Below are positions 38,801-51,300 of a stretch of DNA of 64,000 nt, piece after piece. Position 1 is the stretch's first letter, and every line of letters begins with the position of its first letter. The notes beneath the pieces were generated by a model. The model searched no databases, was not told the origin of the DNA, and saw only the letters and a program-made list of their open reading frames with translations. Position numbers and translations under genes: made by a program. Source of the stretch: Stegostoma tigrinum (lineage: Eukaryota); assembly GCF_030684315.1 (NCBI RefSeq), contig NC_081355.1, forward strand, positions 22,221,316 to 22,285,315, read 5' to 3'.

Positions 38801-41800
38801 TAAAGGTTTTCCTTAAGCATTTTCAGATGCTGTAACAAACTTTTATATGAAAACAACTCTGACCTGCAAGATATTAAATAAACTACTACTGACGTTTTCA
38901 AATAGTATACTATTTTGGTTTTGTATGGAAAGAAACTGCAATTCAAAAATTTCATTCTAATTCTGCTGATTCATGAGACTGCAGGGTTGTTTTTACTGGA
39001 GATTTCAGCATAAAGTCTGGGCCTCCAGTGAAAAATTGTGGAACATTATTGTCACAGGAAACATCCTTTGGAAGGTATTTTAGATGGAGCACCTAAGACA
39101 TTGCACAGGTCTATAATATAAAACATCAGGCATAGGAATTCCTCCTTGCATCCCTTATATGAATGCAGTAGATTACGTACCCCTTTGGCATCTTGCTGTT
39201 TAGGGGACCTCATTATACACAAATGGTTAGTTGTACGACAATGCAAATGTATGCTAAGACATTTGATAGACTGTGAGCTCCTGTGAAATCGTTTTACTTG
39301 CCCCAGCATGAAGCCATCCTTTTAGAGGTGTTGAATGTGTAAGCTAATTGTAACTAAAAAGTCAAAGAAAACCAAGCAATTAAAGCAGAATGCTGTCTAG
39401 TTTCAGCCCTGAGCCGATCATCAGTTAGTCCTAACATAGCAATTGAAAACCCTGAACGTGCAGTAGCACAGCTTCCTGAAGGAACCAGTGGGATTCACTG
39501 GCCTGTTTGGTAGCTAATATATGGACTGGACACTGAATCCTCAGGACATCCAGGTCACCTTGGAAAAAGGAATAGGGTAGACGCGGATCTCTGGAACTAT
39601 TCTATTGAAGAGTGGATTCTATGTCTCTTTCCACATTTGCTACCTTACCTGCTAAGCATTAGCAGCATTTCCTGATGTATCTCAAATTTTAAGCGTATGC
39701 CATATTTTGCTTTTGGATGAGAATTTTCAGGCCATTTTGGGGCACCTCTTGAAACATATCAGGGGCTTTAGCACAGAACCAAGAGGGAGAAAATGTTATA
39801 ATAAATTGTTTCCAAATTGTATTTTATTTCCTTTCATGGTAACAAGAGGAAATGTTAATTTAGTTAATGGATATCATTAAAGTACTACACTACAGTTAAT
39901 TGTAATTGAGAAAACCATGCCAAGTCTACTAACCTTCCGCAGGTGGAGTGCACAGATGACGAACTATTCTCCTTTTAATTGTGGCTAATTCATCAAAGTT
40001 TTCAATATAAATTTTTCTCTCTGGTGCACCACTGATTTGAATCAGCTCATTGTCATTTGCTTCTCCAATACCAACTGCGAAAACATTGATATTTTCCTTC
40101 CTCAAATTGTTGGCTGGGGAAGCCACAAAGTCTTGGGACAGTCCATCGGTAATAACAAGGAGGTACTGAGGAACCCCTTCCAGCTTTCGACTTCCGGCTG
40201 ATGTTTGAAAGAAATGCATCACAAACTCAAGTGCTTCCCCTGTCATGGTTCCACCAAAGAGTTGGGTGATATTATCAATTAGGTCAAAAATTTCAGATTG
40301 AACACTTGTCTCATTCAGGTGAAAAATAGTGGTTTGTTTTGAGCTGTACTGGGCAATGCCAAACTGGACATTTGTCTGACCAACAGTAAACATCCTCACC
40401 ACATATTTTAAGAAATCTTTCATGCGGCTGAAGTCACTTGGGGAAATACTCGACGATCCATCAATTAGAAACACAATGTCTGCTTCGTGAACATCACAAA
40501 CTAGAAAACAAAAAAAACACAAATCTTGTCAGGACACAGAATATTACTGGGGTTTGCAATCTCCACTGAGTGAGAGATTTTTCCATTTTTGTCTCCGATA
40601 TTTGATTTGTTCCAATTTGATTTATTGTCACGTGTACTGAATACAGTGAAAAACTTGGTTTGTGAGCAGTACCGACAGACCAAAGGAAGCAAGAACATAC
40701 AGATCATAGGGTGAGAAACAAAAAATGTGGATGGAGTAAGGCATACAGGTTACACTGCACAGGACGTGTGTTCGGCAAGATCAACGTTAACAAGATCGGC
40801 AATTTTCAAGTTAGAGAGTCCATTCATCAGTCTAATAATGGCAGGGAAGAAACTATAGTCTAATGACTTGTAATTAATAATAATTCTTGTTGTGTACAGA
40901 GAACTGGTCTCTGCTTTCTACCAACAGGTGTTGCAGCTGTTATGTCTCTGGTTTTGCCCCAGAATCTTCAGGGTCATGTCCCTCTCCAGGACCTGATGCC
41001 CACAGAAAGGGCGACTACATGCCAAACCACAAATCCCTCCTTTAGACCTGGGGCAGATAGTAAAACTGGGCAAGTTTCCTATCCAGCCAGAACTGTGGAG
41101 CAATTACACAGCCCCATATTGAAAGACAGTACACCATGCAAGTGTCCTTTTTCATTTTGAAGGACTAGCTCACCTCATTGACATAGAGCTGTTAGATTTC
41201 CAAAATTACTCACCGGGCTTTGAGTCATGACAGAATTTCTGGGATACTGTGTTTATTGATCGTTCCAAGTCTTCAAAATCTTGTTCATAGAAAGAGTTTT
41301 CTGGAGATCCAGAAATCTGAAGGAGTTCAGCTTGATTTGCATTAGCTACACCGACGGTGTATATATTAATGCCTTTATCTCTGATGACATCCACTACAGA
41401 ATTTAAATCATCCCTATCAGTCGACTCCCCATCAGTAATGACCAGAAGAAACTGTGGCACTCCAAACAGCTTTCGACCACCTTCCAATGGATCTAAAAGC
41501 CCACTGGCAAAATCAAGGGCCTTTGCTGTAAAGGTAGTTCCACCCACGGGATTCATTTCATAAATTGCTTTACTGATGTCTGCTTTATTTGTGAATTGAT
41601 CAAGGTGGAAGACAGTTTGAGGGTTAGTGCCATACAGCACAGCTCCAAGCTTAACCTTGTCTACAGCAACATTAGAATTGTTCACCATTCCTACCATGAA
41701 ATGTTTCATGCTGTTAAACTGAGCATCCGATACGCTCACTGATCCATCAATTACGAAAACAATATCTGCGATTTGTGCCTTCCAGCAATCTGTGAGAGTA

Positions 41801-42298
41801 AGACGATGAAAAGTAAAGTAAAACACACATTTAAACAAATGAGTTATGACGACTCCATCTTAGAATCTCCTTTGTTCTGCAAACACTTGTTTTGAAATTA
41901 AATCACATTAATTTCTTCATAAGTGGGTCATTATACAAAAGTGGATGATAATCCCTCTTTCATTAAGTAAGCTTCAAACAAATAAAATGATGACTAAATT
42001 TCAAATAAAGGGAGATCTGGGGCTGGATTCTTTCCAACAAAGAGTAACAGATGATTGGAAATGTCTCCACTAAATTTCTGTGAAGTCTGAGTCATTTGGA
42101 GCTTTCAAAGCTGAGATTGATAGGATTTCATGAACTGAAACAACATTGGGAAAATGGAGTGGAAGTACAAATATTATCAGCAATGATCTGATGAACTGAA
42201 GGGCTTAATCCTTTCCCTGTTCAGCAACTTACAATTGGAAATCATTTAGCTGTGCTTACATTCTGTACAAGATTTACAATTCGCACGTGCATATGCGT

Positions 42299-42347
<49 letters not shown>

Positions 42348-45300
42348 CGTGTGTGTGTCTGATTACTGAGAGAGTTAATTCAAACAAACTGTAGTGAATG
42401 GAACCTTATTGACTAGGAGATCCTCAATTGGGGTTGTTAACCTGGGCCAATTAGGAAAACACCAGCCAGCTAAACGTAAACAGGGGATTTACAGTCTCCT
42501 CAGTTCAGGGCACTAACTCTGAGCTGGCTGACCACGGCTAGTGTACTGTGCACAAGTAAATAAAGGGTGACTTGGTGATGGGATACCAGCCTCCGTGCAG
42601 TTATTTTACAAACTACATAATTTGCCAAATATAAATCAATTTAAGAAAACCAAAGGACAAGAGTGTTCATGAACTGTGACCGTACCTGAATACCTAGAGT
42701 TAGTAGAATAACATTTAGTCTGTGTGGGTTGATTTATGAGAATACATTAGATGGGTTGGGCTTATTTCTGCTGTAGTACAAAAGATTGAAGAGTGACTTG
42801 GTTAAAGGGTATGAGATGCCGAATGGTCTTGATAAGGTGGACGCTGAAAGAATGCCTTCTTTAAGGGTGCAACCAGAGCTAGTTGATACGGTTTAAAATT
42901 AGAGATGCTCTTTCCTGACAGCGATGAGAAATTTTTTCTCTCAGACAGTGGTGTGATATTGAAACTCACTGTCTAAGAGGTAAGTGGAGGCAGAGCGATT
43001 GAACATTTTTAAGGCAGAGGTAGACACAGGAAGATAGGCAAGAATATCTAAACTTACAGAGGAATGCAGAGCTTGAAACACAAGCAGATGAGTAATGACC
43101 TTGTTGAATAGCAGTGCACGCTAGAGGATCTGAATGGGTTCCTGTCTGCTTCTCTTTTGCATGTTCGCCTGTGCTGGCCATAATTGTTTGTAACTCATAT
43201 TGTTACTGAAAGATAAAATATAGACTTTTCGCACTTCAACCACTGGTGCAGAGGAGATTTCAAGGTCTATGCTTTATCAAAAGCAGCTATAAAGTACAGT
43301 CGTCGTATATACCAGCTGCAAGATAGACAGGGAGGGAAAAGAGCTGGAGGAACTGTGTTACTAATTACGGAGAGCATCACAGTTGTACAAAGGGAGATCT
43401 CCTTGGAAGGCTTATCCAGCAAGGCCATATTGTAGAGCTCAGGAACAGGGCTGGTGCAATTACTTTGAGGGGAATGTACTACAGACCTCCCAATGTCTAG
43501 TAGCAGATAGGGGAACAGACACATGGACAGATTATGGGAAAAGAAAATTCTGTAAGTTTGAAGTTACATGTAACAAGGATAAGAACGGTCCTCAGGTGAA
43601 AGTACTAAACTGGGGGAAGGCTAACTGCTATAAAATCAGGCAGGAACTAGGGAAATTAGATTGGGGGTGGCTGTTTGACGGTACATTCACATCTGGCATG
43701 TGGGAATCTATTAAAGGCCAGTTGACTAGAGTTCAGGACCAGCATGTTCCGGGGAAATTGAAGGATAAAGATGGAAAGATTCGGGAACCTTGGATGACAA
43801 GAGAAGTTGTGAACTTAGTCAAAAAGGAAGCATGAATAAGGCTTAGGAAACTGAAGACTGACAGAGCCCTGGAAAAATATAAAGAAAGTAGGAAAGAAAT
43901 AAACAAGGAGTCAGGAGGGCTAAAAAGGGCCATGAAATAACTTAGCAACCAGGATTGAGGAAATTTTTTTTTCTTTATTCATTCACAGGATGAGGGCGTC
44001 GCTGGTCAGGCAGCATTCATTGCCCATTGCTAATTGCTCAGGGGGCAGATAAGAGTCAACCACATTGCTGTAGGTCTGGAATCACATGTAGGCTAGGTAA
44101 GGATTGCAGTCGCCTTCCCTAAAGTTCATTAGTGAACCAGATGGGTTTTTCTTGGCAATCAACAACGGATTCACAGTCATCATTAGATTGTTAATTCCAG
44201 ATATTTATTAAACGCAAATTCCACCATTGCCATGGCAGGATTCGAACCCAGGTCCCAGAACATTATCTGGGTTTCTGGATTAACAGTCCAGCGATAATAG
44301 TGACAATTGCGTCCCCATGATTAGATTAATCCCAAGGTATTTTATACATACATAAGGAGCAACACAGTAGCTAACAAAAGGGGAGGTCCATTCAAGGACA
44401 AAAGAGGGAATTTTTGTGCGGAGCCGGGGGAAATGGGTCGTGTCCTCAATGGATACTTTATACTGGTATTCATATGGAGAAGGACATGGTGCGTGATGAG
44501 TCCAGAGAGGGTTACATTGATATTGTGGGGCATGTCGACATTAAAAAGAGGTGTTGGGTATGTTTAAATGCATTAGGTTAGATCAGTCCCCAGGACCTGA
44601 TGAGATCCATCCCAGACTACTAAGGAGGTGAGGGAGGAAATTGCTGTGGCCTTGTACAAAATCTTTATACCCCCTCTAGTCACGATAGACATCCCAGAGG
44701 TCTAGAGAATAGCTAACATTGTTCCTGTGTTTCAGAAGGGCAACGTGTATAATGTGGGAAATTACATGCTGGAGAGCATTGCATCGAAATTAGGGAAATT
44801 ATTGGAGAAGGTTCTTGGGGACTGGATTTACTCACATTCAGAAAAATATGGATTTGTAGTGTCTTTGTGTGGGGAAGATTATGCTTCACAAACTTGGTTG
44901 AGCTTTTTGAAGCTGTTAATAAGGTCCCTCATGGCAGGCTGATACAAAAGGTGAAGTCACATGGAATCCACAGTGAGCTGGTAAGATGGATACGGAACTG
45001 ATTTGGGCATAGAAGACAGACAGTAGAAGTGGAAGGGTGTTTTTCTGACTGCAGATCTGAGATTAGGGGTGTTCTGCAGGGCTCAAAGCGGGGACCCCTG
45101 TTGTTTGTAATTTATATAAATGTTTGGGATGAAAATGTAAGGGGTCTGATGAGTATGACTTCAGATGACACGATGGTTGGGAGGGCTGTAGATAGAGAAG
45201 AGGGTTGCCAGAGGATACAGCAGGATATAGTTAAGCTGGAGACTTGGGTAGAGAAATGGCAGGTGGAATTTAATCTGGACAAACGAGAGTTGATGCATTT

Positions 45301-48300
45301 CGGAAGATCCAATGCAGAAGGCAAGTATATGTTAAACGGCAGAACACTTAGAAGCATTAACAAACAAAGGGATCTAGGTTTAAACGTCCACAGCTCCCTG
45401 AAAGTGGCAACACAAGTGGATAAGGTGGTCAAGAAGGCAGATAGCATACCTGCCTTCATTGGGCAGGGCATAGAGTATAAAAATTAGCCAGTCACGTTGC
45501 AGCTGTGTAGAACTTTAGTAAGGTCCCATTTGGAATGTTATGTATACTTCTGGTTGCCACATTATCAAAAGGATGTGGAGGCTTTGGAGTGGGTGCAGAA
45601 TAGGTTGACCAGGGTTTTGCCTGGTTTGGAGGGAATTAGTTGAGGAAAGATCCGACAAACTTGATTTTTTCACTTGAACGTTTGAGTGGCGGCCTGATAA
45701 AGGTTTACAACATTATGAGAAGAATGGATAGAATAGATAGTTTGAGTGTTTTGTTTTCTCTCATGTAGAAGTTTCAGTTAGCGGGGGCCTTAGATTTAAC
45801 TTGAAAAAAGGGTCATTTTAAAGGAGTTGTGAGAGGCGAGTTTTTTTTTACACAGAGTGCAGTAAGTGGAGTTGGAGCAGTTGGTAGAAACAGAATAGCA
45901 AAGTTGAAGAGGCATAGAACATAGAACATAGAACAGTACAGCACAGAACAGGCCCTTCAGCGCACAATGTTGTGCCGACCATTGATCCTCATGTATGCAC
46001 CCTCAAATTTCTGTGACCATATACATGTCCAGCAGTCTCTTAAATGACCGCAATGACCTTGCTTCCACAACTGCTGCTGGCAATGCATTCCATGCTCTCA
46101 TAACTCTCTGCGTAAAGAACCTGCCTCTGACATCCCCTCGATACTTTCCACCAACCAGCTTAAAACTATGACCCCTCGTGCTAGCCATTTCTGCCCTGGG
46201 AAATAGTCTCTGGCTATCAACTCTATCTATGCCTCTCATTATCTTGTATACCTCAATTAGGTCCCCTCTCCTCCTCCTTTTCTCCAATGAAAAGAGACCG
46301 AGCTCAGTCAACCTCTCTTCATAAGATAAGCCCTCCAGTCCAGGCAGCATCCTGGTAAACCTCCTCTGAACCCTCTCCAAAGCATCCACATCTTTCCTAT
46401 AATAGGGCGCCCAGAACTGGACGCAGTATTCCAAGTGCGGTCTAACCAAAGTTTTATAGAGCTGCAACAAGATCACACGACTCTTAAACTCAATCCCCCT
46501 GTTAATGAAAGCCAAAACACCATATGCTTTCTTAACAACCCTGTCCACTTGGGTGGCCATTTTAAGGGATCTATGTATCTGCACACCAAGATCCCTCTGT
46601 TCCTCCACGCTGCCAAGAATCCTATCCTTAATCCTGTACTCAGCTTTCAAATTCGACCTTCCAAAATGCATCACCTCGCATTTATCCAGGTTGAACTCCA
46701 TCTGCCACCTCTCAGCCCATCTCTGCATCCTGTCAATGTCCCGCTGCAGCCTACAACAGCCCTCTACACTGTCAACGACACCTCCGACCTTTGTGTCGTC
46801 TGCAAACTTGCTGACCCACCCTTCAATTCCCTCGTCCAAGTCATTAATAAAAATTACAAACAGTAGAGGCCCAAGGACAGAGCCCTGTGGAACTCCACTC
46901 ACCACTGACTTCCAGGCAGAATATTTTCCTTCATGTTGACAGATACCTGAATAGGCAGGGAACAGAGTGATATGGACTGCATAGAGATAAAAGGCTTTTG
47001 AGCTAGAAAGGCATGATGTGTCAGCAAAAGCTTGGTGGGCTGAAGGGCCTTTTCATGTGCTGTACTTTTCTTGCTCTTTGCTATGTCTACTCCTGGTTCA
47101 AAGCCTACCCACAGCGAAAGGCTAATGAAAACCTACTCCCAGAGAATGGCTAATGAAAGACTACTCCCAATGAAAGGTCAGTGAATGCCGAGTAGCAATG
47201 CAAAGTTAATAAAGGTCTATTCCCAATGAACAGTTAATGAATGCATACTCGCAAGTACATACTTAATTAATGCTTACTCCCAGTGAAATGTTGATGAATG
47301 CATAGTTGCAGTTTAAGCCTAACGAAGGTCCACTCCCAATGAAAAGTTTGTGAAAGCCCACTTAAATAAGCCAGGTGGTCCTGCTCCACCATAAATGTGA
47401 GGCCCATTCCCATACATAAAGGGTGCAAAGCCTAGTTCTGTGAACTGTTGGCACTTAGTCCTCAAGTTGTTCCATTTGTTCCTCTCAGTCTTTAATGTAA
47501 TCTCTATAGGTTTACACACCTTTTTGTGAGCTGCAAATCTCCCACAACAATTGTTTTTCTGTTTCTTCCAGTAATTCGAAATCTTCAACATAGTAGACCT
47601 TTTCCGGTTCTCCTACAATTTCCAGAAGCTGAGTGCTGTTAGCATTGAATACACCCACGGCGAACACAGTGACTCCTTTATCCCTTAGGGCTTTGGCTGG
47701 CTGAAGGACCTCATCCTGTGCCTCTCCATCGGTTATCACTATGAGGTACTGTGGAATGTTACGGCGACCCCCTTTAGCTTCATCAAAATAGTCCGCTGCA
47801 AATCTCAGTGCACGACCTGTGAGAGTCCCCCCTCCCAACTGCTGCATGTTACTGATCGCTGTGACTAGGTCAGCTTTTGCTGAGTGGACATTCAGTTGGA
47901 ACTCAGCTTTGGGCCTGGAACTAAATTGGATCAAGCCAACTTGAACTTTATCTAATCCAAAGTTGATTTTACTAACAAAAGCAGTCATTACTTTCTTCAT
48001 TTTAGCAAAATCTTCGGCCTGTATGCTTCCTGACGAATCAACGAGGAAGACGATGTCGGCTCGGTCAAGCTGACTGCAGACTGAAAAACATAGATCATTT
48101 CAGAAGTTAGATTTCAAGCTCTTCACCTTTTTCCCATTGCCAGGAGGGAGCTGATATATTAGGAACATTGTGAAGATGAGTTGCAAACACTGCAAAAAAC
48201 AATGTATCACTTTTAGGGAAGATTACTTTGCTGTGACAACCGCATGATAAAGGAGGAAAGGTCTGACTAGTAAGGAAACAAAAGTGTTCACAAATATTGG

Positions 48301-51300
48301 GATTGCAATCTCCTGGGCACAGAAAAAAAAGAGCAATAATGCAAAGAACAGAAGATATACTGAGTTAGGTGATACTGGCATTCCGACCTTAATTTTATTC
48401 CACACACTTCCTGGTGAAACTGGGGAAAAGAGGTATTAAAACAGGAGGAATGACTCACCTTTTTGACCCTGCTTTCTTCCTGCCCCTTCTTGATGTTAAC
48501 CTTCTCTTTTGCTAACCATTAAAATCACCATTTAACTCATGGTGATCAGTCCATTTGCAGAACGCGGCCCTTTAGTCCAACTCGTCCATGCCGACCAGAT
48601 ATCCTAAATTAATCTAGTCCCATTTGCCCACGTTTAGCCCATATCCATCTAAATCCTTCCTATTCATACATCCAGATGCCTTTTAAATGTTGTAATTGTA
48701 CCAGCCTCCACCACTTCCTCTGGCAGCTCATTCCATAAACACACCACCCACTGTGTGAAAAAGTTGACTCTCAGGTGCCTTTTAAAACTTTCCCTTTGTA
48801 TCTTAAACCAACGGTGTCTAGTTTTGGACTCCATCACTCTGGGGAAAACACCTTGACTATTCACCCTATCCATGCCTCTCATGATTTCAAAACATTTTTT
48901 TTAAGGTCACCCCTCAGCTTCCGCTGAAAAGAGCCCCAGCCTGTTCAACATCCCCCTGTAGCTCAAACCCTCCAAACCTGGCCACATCCTTGTAAATAGT
49001 TTCTGAACCATTTCACGTTTAACAACATCTTTCCTACAGCATGGATACTGGAAGGGAACTCAGTCTTCCAAACATGGCCTAACCAATGTCCTGTGCAGCC
49101 GCAACACGACCTCCCAACTCTTATACTGCGTGCCCTGGCAAATATTCTATCTACCTGCAACTCCATTATCAAGGAATTATGAACCTACACTCCCAGGTTT
49201 CTTTGTCCCGCAACACTCACCAGGGCCTCACAATTAAGTGTATAGGTCCTGCTCTGCTTTGCCCTAACCAAGTGTAGGACCTCGAATTTATAGAACATTA
49301 CAGCACAGTACAGGCCCTTCGTCCCTCGATGTTGTGCCGACCTGTCATACCGATCTCAAGCCCATCTAACCTACACTATTCCATGTACGTTCATATGCTT
49401 GTCCAATGAAGACTTAAATGTACTTAAAGTTGGCGAATCTATTACCGTTGCAGGCAAAGCGTTCCATTCCCTTACTACTCTCTGAGTAAAGAAACTACCT
49501 CTGACATCTGTCCTATATCTTTCACCCCTCAATTTAAAGCTATGACCCCTCGTGCTCGCCGTCACCATCCTAGGAAAAAGGCTCTCCCTATCCACCCTAT
49601 CTAACCCTCTGATTATTTTATATGTTTCAATTAAGTCACCTCTCAACCTTCTTCTCTCTAATGAAAACAGCCTCAAGTCCCTCAGCCTTTCCTTGTAAGA
49701 GCTTCCCTCCATACCAGGCAACATCCTAGTAAATCTCCTCTGCACCCTTTCCAAAGCTTCCACATCCTAGATTAAACTCCATCTGCCACTCCTCAGCTCA
49801 TCAGCCCATTTGATCGAGGTCTTGATGTGCTCCGTCCACAACACCCTTAATTTTGGTATCATCTGCAAACTCACTAACCAAAGCTACTATGTTCACATCC
49901 AACTCATTTACATGAATGACAAAAAGCAGTGGGCCCAGCTTTGTGGCACACTGCTGGTCATGGGCCTCCAGTCCAAAAAGTAACCCTCCACCACCACCCT
50001 CTGTTTTCTATCTCTCAGCCAATTTTATATCTAAATGGCTAGTCCACGATTGGCTTCTTTTGTCTGAGGCCTTACCACAGCAACAATGATGGCTCCCGTG
50101 ACAGACATGACCTGCCAGGGAGGGGGAATCACGGGTCAGAAGAGATCCAAAGAAGCAAACAGGTAATTGGAGGACAACTGCGAGCTGAAGTGGTAGATGG
50201 CAATACCCGACCCAGCAATTTCAAGGTGACATCTGCGCTAATGTTTTATGCAACTGGCAGCTTCCATGGATCCAGGGAGTAACCAAGTGGTATGACATTA
50301 TCCTCAGCTCACAAATGCATCAAGGCTATTATTGACGTAATCTGTGCTACAATACACCCACATTATCTTGTTTTTCCTCGACAAAATCAATGTTGCAGCC
50401 AAGGTAGTCGGCTTTTCCACAGTGCAGGGTCACATGTACGCATGCTACATTGGCAACACTATACTGTAATGCAGCAGGCTTCACCAATAGAATGTCTGGA
50501 TGCCTCACAAGAATCATGATTGGGTGCTAAGGGATACCCTGTGTAACTATGGCTTCTGACTGAGTTATACAACCCTTTGACTAAAGGCAAGCATAGATGC
50601 AACGCTGCCCACTCTAAAGCAATGTTACCCTGTGTAGCTCAATTGGTATATCTGCAGTTGCAAGGATAGCCCACTGGATAGGTAATGATGAAAAAGAGCA
50701 ATTCATTTATGATTATGAACTTGTATTTGCAAGGAAATATCAGCCGTGCCAACTATGTGCCCTCAGAAACTTTTCTTTTACACTATATGCACTGCAAAGG
50801 GCTGGTCCTGGCTGGCAGAGGTGACCTGGTACACGGCTGAGTTTTTATTACGGCACTGGCACTGGAAATCTTGGGAGTTCCCAGCAATGATGAGTACCTC
50901 CGCTGCTGGAGAGTGTATGGTAGCACAAGCATGGTGCCATGGATGTCTGCTGGATACTTGTCAAAGTGAGTAGTGGAGAATTGTGTCAGAAAATTTGCTA
51001 GAGCGCATAGAGGAAAACCTTCGATGAAGCTCCTCAAAATTGATACTTCACTGATTTTTGGTCAAATTCAACCAAAATTCCAATTTATACTTTAATCTCC
51101 AGGAACACAACTTGGCGTACTCTCGCATTATGAATCATACACAGATATCTATTTAGTTCCACACTGTAGGTTCAAGATTGATTCAATTTTGATGTAAATC
51201 ATATTCCAATGGTATGGAATTTCTCTGTAGATGGACCTCCAGGAACTCCCCCACTACTGGAGAATTATGCTCTCTTTTGACAAATAATGTAGTCTTTTTT

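Larger units (their letters stand above)
43270..47080 (+). mobile_element. Older long CR1 LINE, interrupted by a SINE (43963-44317) and a young antisense CR1 (45914-46931)
   Basis: ORFs 43383-43835 (WGKAN...EPWMTRE) and 45029-45487 ([13 protein letters not shown]...SDDT); 3' UTR gggctgaagggcct...tgtgctgta at about 47037-47065. Confidence 0.85.

Noticed and set aside
39640-39670. ATGCTGCTAATGCTTAGCAG|gtaagg on minus as an alternative first coding exon
   Set aside because: Too short for a signal peptide, wrong phase for exon F, and it resembles a decayed Penelope arm (aatgctgg...ctcagcaggtc).
46435-46939. Long + strand ORFs opposite CR1 RT (also 62285-62638 and 45112-45471) and opposite vWA exons
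   Set aside because: Antisense shadows of coding sequence with no independent evidence.
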